A stretch of DNA of 64,000 bases from assembly GCA_958295865.1 (NCBI GenBank), contig CATQHF010000006.1, positions 91,022 through 155,021 on the forward strand, written 5' to 3'. Source of the stretch: an uncultured Dehalococcoidia bacterium. Lineage in GTDB: Bacteria; Chloroflexota; Dehalococcoidia; Lucifugimonadales; JADFKI01. The notes under the pieces are model-generated. The model saw nothing but the letters and a program-made list of their open reading frames with translations. It made no database searches and was not told the origin of the DNA. Below, piece by piece: positions 39,224-47,748 of this stretch (position 1 is its first letter; each line of letters starts with the position of its first letter). Both the position numbers and the translations under genes were made by a program.

Positions 39224-39281
39224 TCAAGGAGCCACTGGCATCAGCATGACCGCTATCAATCGCTTGATCATCTCGATACCT
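39224..39281 (-). pseudogene. 5' stub of the secreted-protein gene (MIKRLIAVMLMPVAP*)
   Basis: 39239-39281 matches 37320-37362 at 42 of 43 nt. Confidence 0.75.
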
Positions 39282-39357
39282 ACAACAACCTGTAACCGTT
39301 GCGATCAAGGGTAAGCGGCATCGCCAGTTTCGCATATCCTACAAATGAACCATTTAT

Positions 39358-39457
39358 GTACTATCTTTGAGGGGCGCGACGTACTATGTCGTATAGTCCA
39401 TTCGGACTATCGCGGCTTGCTCGATGGGATGGACTAGACAAGATTTAGGTGTATAAT
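39358..39457. promoter_or_regulatory. Divergent promoter region with a palindromic operator candidate
   Basis: ATAGTCC-attc-GGACTAT at 39393-39410; G(T/G)ACTA half-sites at 39358, 39381, 39404 and 39431; TATAAT at 39452. Confidence 0.5.
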
Positions 39458-39529
39458 CAGCAAGAACGACGAGGACGCAAATTTCGGGCTTGCGCCGCTT
39501 TGCCCGCGCATTCAGAGGGGAGAACGGGA

Positions 39530-40186
39530 GTGAGACTCATCAGGCTGATGATAGTGGACGACCACGAGCTCGTGCGGCTTGGGGTGAGAGCCGCCGCCGA
39601 TGGGGTGGAAGACATAGATGTCGTCGGCGATTACGAGAATGCGGAGGCCGCCTTGGCCGCGCTGGAAAGCCTGAACCCCGATGTCCTGCTGATGGGCGTG
39701 GATATGACGGGCATGGACGGCGTCCACGCATGCCGCCATGTTCGCGGCATCCTTCCCGATGTCAGGGTCGTCATGCTGACATCGCACAGCGACGAAGAGA
39801 CGGTCATGGCGTCCATAATGGCGGGCGCGGCAGGCTACCTGATGAAGAACATCAAAGTCGCCGAACTGTTCCGAGACTTGCGAACCGTGGCGGATGGCGA
39901 ATCACTGCTGCACCCCGCCGTCACGCGCGGCGTGCTGGACAGGTTCAAGGCGCTCACTACCACCGAGGAAGCCCACCACCACGCGCCGCACACGCCGCCG
40001 GATGCGCCAGCCGCGCTGTCCAGGCGAGAGAGCGAGGTCTTCTTGCTGGTCGTCGAGGGCTGCACCAACAAGGACATCGCGGACAAGCTCGTGATAAGCG
40101 AGAACACGGCGCGCAACCATGTCAGCCATATCCTGCACAAGCTGGGGCTGACCCGGCGCAGTCAGGCAGCGGCGTTTGGGTCGTAG
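39530..40186 (+). CDS. NarL/LuxR family response regulator with atypical receiver
   Basis: IVDDHELVRLG, MLTS, GYLMK, LSRRESEV...NKDIADKLVISENTARNHVS. Confidence 0.92.
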   Translation: MRLIRLMIVDDHELVRLGVRAAADGVEDIDVVGDYENAEAALAALESLNPDVLLMGVDMTGMDGVHACRHVRGILPDVRVVMLTSHSDEETVMASIMAGAAGYLMKNIKVAELFRDLRTVADGESLLHPAVTRGVLDRFKALTTTEEAHHHAPHTPPDAPAALSRRESEVFLLVVEGCTNKDIADKLVISENTARNHVSHILHKLGLTRRSQAAAFGS

Positions 40187-40243
40187 CCCAATGCCGCTAT
40201 TGCCCGCGCCGCCATTGCCCGATGCTATGGATTGAGCGCGCTC

Positions 40244-41602
40244 TTACCTGCCGTTCAGCACATCAATCGCCAGCGCAAGCATTATCTTCGTCCCGCTGAT
40301 AAGGCTGCTTATCCCCACCGACTCATCCGTCCCGTGCGCGCGGCTCAGCATCGGGTCGTCGTCCGGATGCGAGCCGCTGAAGCCGTAGGTTATCGTCCCC
40401 AGCGGGCGCGTGAACCGCGAATCGGTGAACCCCGTGCTGATGGCCGGAACCCACTGAATATCGTCCCTGCCCAACGCTTTTGCCGTCGCGCTCTGGATGC
40501 TGCTGCCCAGCCCCGTCTCGAAGTCCGACGAGTTCGGCACAGCCATATAGTCGATCTCGTATGTCGCCCCGGGTATGCCCTCCAGGATGGCGTCCAGCTG
40601 CTCCCGCAGATAGTCGTCGCTCTGATGCGGCAGCGTCCGCACATCGCAGGTCAGCCTGATGGACTCCGGCACGCTGTTGGACTTGATGCCCCCGCTTATC
40701 ATCGTGGGCGTCAGCGTCATCCGCGACAGCGCGCGCAGCATCGACGCGAAGCGCGGATTGTCCGGCTCCACCTCCGCGATAATCTCATCCACATTCTCGG
40801 CAGACGGCTTGTGCTCTATGGCGAACACCGACAGATGGTCGAATATGCTGGTGGAAGTGTCCCGCTCCGGCTCGTATGCCTCGATGCGCTGCAATACGCG
40901 GTGCAGGCTGTACATCGCGTTCGTCCCCTGCCATGGCACCGACGCATGCGCGCTCGACCCCTTGATCTCTATCTCCACCTGAAGCCGCCCCTTCTCGCCC
41001 GTGCCAAGCAGATAGGTCAAACCGCTCGGCGACTCTATCGGCACGCCGCCGCCCTCATTGACCGCGAACGGCGCGCGTATCTTCTCCGGGTAATGCTCCG
41101 CCAGCCAGCCGAACCCATACCGCCCGCCGTGCTCTTCGTCCGCGCCCGACGCCAGTATCAGGCTGTCCTCAAACTCGATGCCGTTGCGCTTCAGCAGGCG
41201 CATCGCGTACAGCTGCGCCGTCAGCAGCCCCTTGCAGTCCGACGCCCCTCGCCCGTATATGCGCCCGTCCGCGATAGTCGCGCTGAACGGCGGGAAGCGC
41301 CACTTGTCCTCCTCCTCCACAGGCACAACATCCGTGTGCGACATGAACATCAGCCCCGCCTCGCCGCTCCGCCCCTCCATGCGCGCGATGATGTTGCCGC
41401 GATTGGGCGCGGACTCCAGTATCTCCGACGCTATCCCGTCCTCGGCGAGCCAGTCGCGTATGTACTCGCACACAGGCGTTTCGTCCCCCGTCGGCATGAA
41501 GCCGCTGTTGACCGACGGGATACGCACGAGCGCCTGCTCAAGCTCCACAATCTCATCATGCTGCGCGTCCACCTGCGCGAACATCTCCTCAAGACTTGCC
41601 AT
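40244..41602 (-). CDS. M20 family (ArgE/DapE-like) metallopeptidase
   Basis: SHTDVVP, GRGASDCKG, DEE, AHGTDE. Confidence 0.9.
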   Translation of the reverse strand: MASLEEMFAQVDAQHDEIVELEQALVRIPSVNSGFMPTGDETPVCEYIRDWLAEDGIASEILESAPNRGNIIARMEGRSGEAGLMFMSHTDVVPVEEEDKWRFPPFSATIADGRIYGRGASDCKGLLTAQLYAMRLLKRNGIEFEDSLILASGADEEHGGRYGFGWLAEHYPEKIRAPFAVNEGGGVPIESPSGLTYLLGTGEKGRLQVEIEIKGSSAHASVPWQGTNAMYSLHRVLQRIEAYEPERDTSTSIFDHLSVFAIEHKPSAENVDEIIAEVEPDNPRFASMLRALSRMTLTPTMISGGIKSNSVPESIRLTCDVRTLPHQSDDYLREQLDAILEGIPGATYEIDYMAVPNSSDFETGLGSSIQSATAKALGRDDIQWVPAISTGFTDSRFTRPLGTITYGFSGSHPDDDPMLSRAHGTDESVGISSLISGTKIMLALAIDVLNGR

Positions 41603-41614
41603 CGTCAGCGCCTC

Positions 41615-42148
41615 CTATTCCCCGAATATGCATGTCGCCATCAGCAGAACCGCGATGCTCTTGGCGTCCTGAATCTCCCCAAGCCGTATCAGCTGCGGTA
41701 TGCGCGACAGCGGCAGCCTTTCCACCTGAATGTCTTCGTCATCGTCGGCTTGCAGCCTATACGGCACCAGATCCTTGGCGAGATAGGCGTACATGAATTC
41801 GCTGCAAAAGCCCGGCGACGACCAGAAGCCGCCCAGCGCGCGCAGGTTGCGGGACGCGAACCCTATTTCTTCGGCAAGCTCCCTTTGAGCGCAGTCGTCC
41901 GGCGATTCCCCATCCTCGATAATCCCTGCCGGCGCTTCCAGCAGCGACCGCCCCGCCGCATACCGATACTGCCGCACCAGCAGCACATTGCCCTCTGCGT
42001 CGACCGGCGCTATCACAACCGCGTTCGCGTGCTCCACCACCTCCCGCGTCGACCGACCGCCGTTCCTCATCAGAATGTCGTCGACCCGAACCTTGATGAT
42101 CCTGCCGTCGTATATCTCCCGCGAACTTATCTGCTCTTCAGGCTGCAT
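41615..42148 (-). CDS. nudF: NUDIX hydrolase (ADP-ribose pyrophosphatase-like)
   Basis: PAGIIEDGESPDDCAQRELAEEIG Nudix box, REVVEH, SPGF, DAKS. Confidence 0.85.
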   Translation of the reverse strand: MQPEEQISSREIYDGRIIKVRVDDILMRNGGRSTREVVEHANAVVIAPVDAEGNVLLVRQYRYAAGRSLLEAPAGIIEDGESPDDCAQRELAEEIGFASRNLRALGGFWSSPGFCSEFMYAYLAKDLVPYRLQADDDEDIQVERLPLSRIPQLIRLGEIQDAKSIAVLLMATCIFGE

Positions 42149-42184
42149 GCAAACATCCTATCCCGTCTATCCGGTTGAACCCCA

Positions 42185-43021
42185 TCACACCCCAAGCCTC
42201 GGCGCGAGCGCGGCGTAGAATGTGCTCGGCGTATGCCGCCGCAAAAACCGCGTCACATACGGACTGCGCCGCACGCTCACATAGTCTTCCTTATGCAGCG
42301 TCGTGTCGCTGAACCCGTCCACGCTCAGCGTCGCCTCATGATCGTCGCTCGCGTGCAATTGCAACTTCGCATGGTGCGGCAGGATGACGCCGTTCCTCAG
42401 CCCCGTATGCGCCGCCACCGGCTGAATCAGTATCGCCTCCGTCTCAGGGTGCATGATAGGCCCCCCCGCCGACAGCGCGTAGCCGGTGCTGCCCGTCGCG
42501 GTGGAGACGATAACGGCGTCCGCGCGGTAGCTCGTGAGCGTCTCGCCGTCGATGACCGCCTCGATGTCCAGCAGCCGCGTAACGCCGCCCCTGCCCACCA
42601 CCACATCGTTGAGCGCGTGCAGCGTAAGATATGGCGCGCGCTCCGACGCCCGCGTTACGCTCACCTCCAGCATCATCCGCTTCTCCACGCGAACATCGCC
42701 GTTCAGGTATTCGGGCAGCTTTGCGATAGCCTCATCCACCTTCAGCTCCGCCATGAAGCCCACCCTGCCCATGTTGATGCCCACAAGCGGGATGCCGTAC
42801 TCGGCGATGACGCGCACCGCCCGCAAGATAGTGCCGTCGCCGCCCGCCACCACGATGAGCTTCGTGTTCGTAAGCTTGCGGCGCAGCGCATCCAGCTCGC
42901 CCGCCGAACTCAGCCAGCAGGCATCGCCCAAGTCGAGCGCGCGCATGACCGCCTTGGACATCTGCAAGGCGGGCGGATGTTGCCCATTGTGAACGAAGCC
43001 GATTAGACTGCGAGAGGTCAT
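42185..43021 (-). CDS. nadK: NAD(+) kinase
   Basis: GGDGTIL, GRVGF, ALND, TATGSTGYALSAGGP. Confidence 0.95.
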   Translation of the reverse strand: MTSRSLIGFVHNGQHPPALQMSKAVMRALDLGDACWLSSAGELDALRRKLTNTKLIVVAGGDGTILRAVRVIAEYGIPLVGINMGRVGFMAELKVDEAIAKLPEYLNGDVRVEKRMMLEVSVTRASERAPYLTLHALNDVVVGRGGVTRLLDIEAVIDGETLTSYRADAVIVSTATGSTGYALSAGGPIMHPETEAILIQPVAAHTGLRNGVILPHHAKLQLHASDDHEATLSVDGFSDTTLHKEDYVSVRRSPYVTRFLRRHTPSTFYAALAPRLGV

Positions 43022-43116
43022 TCTTGGTTCTTCTCAACGACGCCCAAAACTGCGGCATCATAGGACTGAAAGGCAACCCAAGTCTAGCACCAACCGCTCC
43101 ATCCTGTCCATCCGTA

Positions 43117-43578
43117 CAATTAAGAATTGAGAATTAGGAATTAAGAATTGGGGTCGCTCTTGCCATTCCGAGCGTCCCCCTGTCATTCCGAACGCAGCGC
43201 CCTTGCCCCTGTCATTCCATGCATCCACCTCTGTCATTCCGAACGCAGCGCAGCGCAGTGAGGAATCAAAAATCCCAATCCGCCGAACACATAGACTTCA
43301 GCAAACCACCCCTGCACTCTATCCTGCCATCAGGCTGCGAAAAATCGCACACCAAGCCAAACACAACCCAATTCTTAATTCTTAATTTCTAATTCTTAAT
43401 TCCTCCCCCTGTCATTCCGAACGCAGCGCAGCGCAGTGAGGAATCAAAAATCCCAATCCGCCGAACACATAGACTTCAGCAACCACCCCTGCACTCTATC
43501 CTGCCATCAAGCTGCGAAAAATCGCACCCCAAGCCTAAACACAACCCAATTCTTAATTTCTAATTCTTAATTCCTCCC
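43117..43578. repeat. Repeat cluster with two tandem heptamer-tailed elements
   Basis: 43230-43401 and 43409-43573 are nearly identical; the AATTAAG tract at 43118-43151 is inverted relative to the CTTAATT tails. Confidence 0.85.
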
Positions 43579-43617
43579 CTGAACCGCCCCACTCACCACG
43601 ATATAGCGCTGGCTTCC

Positions 43618-45669
43618 TCACTCTGCCGCATCAAGGCGTATTTCGCCCTCCCACAGATGCTCAAAGCCGCCGTCCACCTGCACAAACTGCCCCGTGCGAA
43701 TTGCGGCGATGTCGTAGTCGGGCAGGGGAATGGTCACCGCGCAGTCCCCATCGATCAACTTGCCATTATGGTCGAAGATGAAGTCGAGGTTGTTGAACCC
43801 GTGCCGCTTACGGTCGTCGAGCAGGTCCTCTACATCAATCGGCTCGATGTGCAGAAAGAAGGTTGGGGCAGTATCGGCGGCGGCACATTGGCGCTTTGCG
43901 TATGTGAGGGCATTTTCGATGAGATAAACATTGAAGTAGGAGCGGATTGCCGGTTGGCTGTCTCCAACGAATTTATGGAGTGTGTCGTCAGGCATCATAG
44001 TGGTAGCGCCCGCGAGATAGTCGGCAATGACGCGGGCTTCCTCTTCGGTAATGCCTGATGACGGCATAGATGTGCCCGGGGCAAACCGCTGCTGGTTGGT
44101 GAGAAACTGCGTAATGCTGTCCCGTGTCCAGACGACATCCGACGAACGCAAAGTATCCGAGAAGTTAAAGCCGCCGACCTCGCCCGCCGTCCGCCCAACG
44201 ATGCCAACAAGGTGGGGACCGGAGCCGTGCCGCTCGGAGTTCAGGTCGTGGCAGCTGCCGCAGTGCAAGCCGAATAGCCGCGCGCCTGCCGCCGTGTCTG
44301 AGTCCGGTGCTGGAGATGCGGCTATGGATTCGCAGTCGATCGAGTACACATTGCGCTGCTTCCGCGCCTCTTCATTGCAGTACCTCAGAGAATGGCTCAG
44401 AAAATAGATCCGCCCTCTATCGCGCAGCAAGGCTATGCGTCCGTCCGGCATAATCGCAATGTCTCGTATCCGATAGCCGAGTTCGATCTTCTCCACATAC
44501 TGCACATCCGTCCCGTGACGGCGGACTCGAAAGAGCGCGCCGTCGACTAGAGAAGCAACCAGCAGGTCGTCTTTCCACAAGGGAAGCTGCTCCTCGTCGT
44601 TGACGGCGATGGCAGATATGGCTGGCGACGGGACCCAGGAAAAGACCGGCCGTATGAAGCCATCGTGCCGCCCCACCTTCTCCTCCTCGATAATCGGGGG
44701 AATCTCACTGCCATATTGAACCCCGTAGGAGACCACGGGCCAGCCATAGTTGCCTCCCCGTTCAAGCAGGTTGAGTTCGTCGCCGCCTTGCGGCCCATGA
44801 TCCGGCACCCATATATTGCCGTCCGCATCCCTAGCCAGCCCCTGTGAGTTGCGAAAACCGATAGCAAGCGTCTCCACCTCTCCCGTTTCGATAGCAATAC
44901 GGACTAACTTACCCAGATGATCGTCGGGAGCGATGAGGAAATCTTTCTCATACCACCCCTCATATCCTCCATGGTCACCAATTGTCACAAGCAAGTGGTT
45001 CTCGCCATCCGTCAACATCTTTCCGCCCGTTTGAGCTGCTTCAATGTGTGGAATGCAGGGGTTGGCGTCGAATATCGTTCTCCAGTTTGGCGAAACTGTC
45101 AGGCTTTCTTCTTCCGCAAGAAGCGTAGTGGACGACAACCTGAACCGGATACATTCTCCCGTGAAATAGTGATGGGTAACAAACAACTCGTACCCGTTTT
45201 CAATCTCTTTCAACAAAATATCGACGACTCGAAAGTTACTCAACAGGTATTCTGGGTTATTACCGATAGGGTGCGCTTTCAATGCCGCTTCATTCATCGG
45301 GACATTGCCTTCAAGATATTCCACAGTCCCGTCGCGGAAGACCAGGACAAATCTTCCCTCCGGCGTAGCTACCAGTGAGCCCTCAAAGATGCTTTCGATA
45401 GCCCCTCCCGGCCTAGTGAATCTCTCAAGCGTGACATATTCAATCTCGAAAGGGTATAGATGCGTCATAAGCGCCGGTTCTTCCTCAGGATAAGAAGGAA
45501 CGGCCGTTACGGTAGGAGTGAGCGTCGGGCTAGGGACATTCGTGCTTGTGGCGGTAGGCGCTGGCGTGGGAACGGCGGTCATCGCCGGACTGTCGGAGCA
45601 AGCGGCTGCCAGAACTCCAAGTAGGACGAGCGCGATAGACCACAACGCGGAACGAAGCGACGTCGACAT
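43618..45669 (-). CDS. Lipoprotein: PQQ-type (Sdh/GSDH) beta-propeller dehydrogenase + cytochrome c + C-terminal domain
   Basis: LAAAC lipobox, GFRNSQGL, DHGPQGGDELN, GNYGWP; CGSCH heme motif, GPHL, PGTSM; start set at MSTSL. Confidence 0.8.
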   Translation of the reverse strand: MSTSLRSALWSIALVLLGVLAAACSDSPAMTAVPTPAPTATSTNVPSPTLTPTVTAVPSYPEEEPALMTHLYPFEIEYVTLERFTRPGGAIESIFEGSLVATPEGRFVLVFRDGTVEYLEGNVPMNEAALKAHPIGNNPEYLLSNFRVVDILLKEIENGYELFVTHHYFTGECIRFRLSSTTLLAEEESLTVSPNWRTIFDANPCIPHIEAAQTGGKMLTDGENHLLVTIGDHGGYEGWYEKDFLIAPDDHLGKLVRIAIETGEVETLAIGFRNSQGLARDADGNIWVPDHGPQGGDELNLLERGGNYGWPVVSYGVQYGSEIPPIIEEEKVGRHDGFIRPVFSWVPSPAISAIAVNDEEQLPLWKDDLLVASLVDGALFRVRRHGTDVQYVEKIELGYRIRDIAIMPDGRIALLRDRGRIYFLSHSLRYCNEEARKQRNVYSIDCESIAASPAPDSDTAAGARLFGLHCGSCHDLNSERHGSGPHLVGIVGRTAGEVGGFNFSDTLRSSDVVWTRDSITQFLTNQQRFAPGTSMPSSGITEEEARVIADYLAGATTMMPDDTLHKFVGDSQPAIRSYFNVYLIENALTYAKRQCAAADTAPTFFLHIEPIDVEDLLDDRKRHGFNNLDFIFDHNGKLIDGDCAVTIPLPDYDIAAIRTGQFVQVDGGFEHLWEGEIRLDAAE

Positions 45670-46010
45670 TGAGCGGCGATGCGGAGAGCGAAATACCCCC
45701 CTACCTATGTTCTGGCAACGAGCAGTCATCGCCCGCCGCATGCTATTCAGCATACGCAGCAAAGTCCCCTTTGTGTCAGCGAATTCACCTGATTCGCGCA
45801 GCATGCCAAACCCGATTGCGCGCAGTCCGCCTGATGCTACCAGCGCAACCTTCCAATCGTCCCAACCCACAGCCGCGCCGCATCCCCATTCTACAATACC
45901 CTCCCCCGCCACTAACAGGGATAATGCCATCGGTATCTGATTTCCGTACTTGCAGAGACAATCCGCCAGTCGCCCCTACTCCTTCCCGTTCGCAGTGAGT
46001 ATCTTCTTTT

Positions 46011-46357
46011 CCGTTCGTGGTGAGCCTGTCGAACCACCCTCCTTATGCTTTGCGGACATTTTGAAATCCCATCCCGTCATTCCTGCTTTCGCAGGAATCC
46101 AGAGCCTCCAACATCACACCATCCCAAACACACCGCAGCAATTTTCTCTGTCATTCCGAACGATGTGAGGAATCAAAAATCCCCGCACACCACCAACGCA
46201 ATCCCAACCGCCATCCCATCCATCCACACCACCCCCATACTCCGCCCGAACAAGCCTACCCTCCCCGTTCGCAGCAAGCCTACTTTCTCGTTCGTGGTGA
46301 GCCTGTCGAACCACCCGTCCCCCCCAATTCTTAATTCCTAATTCTCAATTCTTAATT
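46011..46357. repeat. Composite repeat (families C+A+B+heptamer), left flank
   Basis: Same order of modules as 47359-47736. Confidence 0.75.
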
Positions 46358-46368
46358 GAAAACCACCC

Positions 46369-46418
46369 TTGACACCCCAATACATCCCTGTTACTCTATT
46401 CGCAAGAACATAAGTTGT
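46369..46418 (+). promoter_or_regulatory. Sigma70-type promoter with a LexA-like box
   Basis: TTGACA (46369)-17 nt-TACTCT (46392); AGAACataaGTTGT at 46405-46418. Confidence 0.5.
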
Positions 46419-46504
46419 ATAACAAGCACGAACAACCTAACACCTAATCCCTGACAACCCAAAACCCTGAAATCCTGACCACCTGAAAACCTTGGGAAAA
46501 ACCA

Positions 46505-47314
46505 ATGAACCAACCAACCCCCATCAACCAGCACCAACAGGACGCCCAGGACAGCCATGCCCAACATGACCACCTGGACAAAAAACACTGCCAGAGCGCC
46601 ATCGAGCACCTCCAGCACCTAGTCCACCAAGAAACCGACAACGGCAGAACCATCATACGCAGCATCGTCTCCATCATGACCGGCGACGACCAGGACAGCA
46701 CACCCCATCACAGACTGCAAGCCGCCCGCCTGCTGCTCAAGCTCGGCTTCCAAGAAGCCGAAGCCCTCATCAACAGCCTCAGTTCCAAGATGGAACGGCA
46801 GGCAAAGAAAGAAGACGCCCAAGGAGAGAACGGCCCCACACAAGCAGTCAGCCCCGAACACGAAAGGCTGAACAAAAAGCTCGTCGCCCGCATCCGCGTC
46901 GAGACCGGCGAAGGCGCAAGCATCGTCAGGATACTCAACGAAGTGCTGGAAGGACGCGACCGAGACGCCAAGCCAAGGGACAGGATAGAGGCTGCCAAAG
47001 TCCTGCTCAGCTGGGGCTTCGGCAACCCCTCCACCCCCGACCCTGAGTTCATGTCCTACTACTCCCCCTGCCACCCCGACTGTCTATGCGCCTGCCGCGA
47101 CCTAGACGAAGACCACCCCGCCGTAGTGGAGAGCCACGCGCCGGTATCCGAAGCCCACATGAAAGAAGTAGCCGAAGCAGAGCGAATAGAAGAAAAAGCA
47201 GCCGAAAGCGCAAGGCAAATCTCCCAAGGACACACCGACTACCTATCCGAGATAAGCCACCTCCCCGGCAACAAAAAGCCCCGCCGCCCCGAACGCCACC
47301 CACCCTTCCGCTGA
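46505..47314 (+). CDS. Hypothetical protein with a duplicated helical module and Cys cluster
   Basis: ETDNGRTII...RLQAARLLLKLGF and ETGEGASIV...RIEAAKVLLSWGF; CHPDCLCAC. Confidence 0.7.
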   Translation: MNQPTPINQHQQDAQDSHAQHDHLDKKHCQSAIEHLQHLVHQETDNGRTIIRSIVSIMTGDDQDSTPHHRLQAARLLLKLGFQEAEALINSLSSKMERQAKKEDAQGENGPTQAVSPEHERLNKKLVARIRVETGEGASIVRILNEVLEGRDRDAKPRDRIEAAKVLLSWGFGNPSTPDPEFMSYYSPCHPDCLCACRDLDEDHPAVVESHAPVSEAHMKEVAEAERIEEKAAESARQISQGHTDYLSEISHLPGNKKPRRPERHPPFR

Positions 47315-47358
47315 CAGAGGTAGGGGGCAGGCATTGGATAGCAACGACATAAACTCTT

Positions 47359-47736
47359 CCCGTTCGTGGTGAGCTGTCGAACCACCCTTCCGCCCCTACC
47401 ACCCCGTCATTCCAAGCGTAGCGAGAAATCACAAATCCTAATTTCTGTGGACATTTTGAATTTGCGTCCCGTCATTCCTGCGAAAGAACGTCACCCCTGC
47501 GAAAGCAGGGGCAGGAATCCAGTGCCTCAAATAGCTGCCATCCTGAGCATGCGACACAGCAATTTTCACTGTCATTCCGAACGAAGTGAGGAATCAAAAA
47601 TCCCAATCCGCCGAACACCCAGGCCTTCAGCAACCGTCCCCAAACTTCGGTATCGGTTGCCATCAAGCCACGAAACACCGCACACCAACCCTAAACACAA
47701 CCCAATTCTTAATTCTTAATTCCTAATTTTTAATTC
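47359..47736. repeat. Composite repeat (families C+B+A+heptamer-tailed element), right flank
   Basis: Nested REP 47471-47520 identical to 26091-26140; 47568-47736 homologous to 9246-9408. Confidence 0.8.
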
Positions 47737-47748
47737 GTAACTCCGCCG

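Noticed and set aside
40232-42178. Long antisense ORFs (also 14584-15990, 33263-34387 and 54872-56047)
   Set aside because: These are shadow frames opposite convincing genes in GC-rich DNA and have no motifs.
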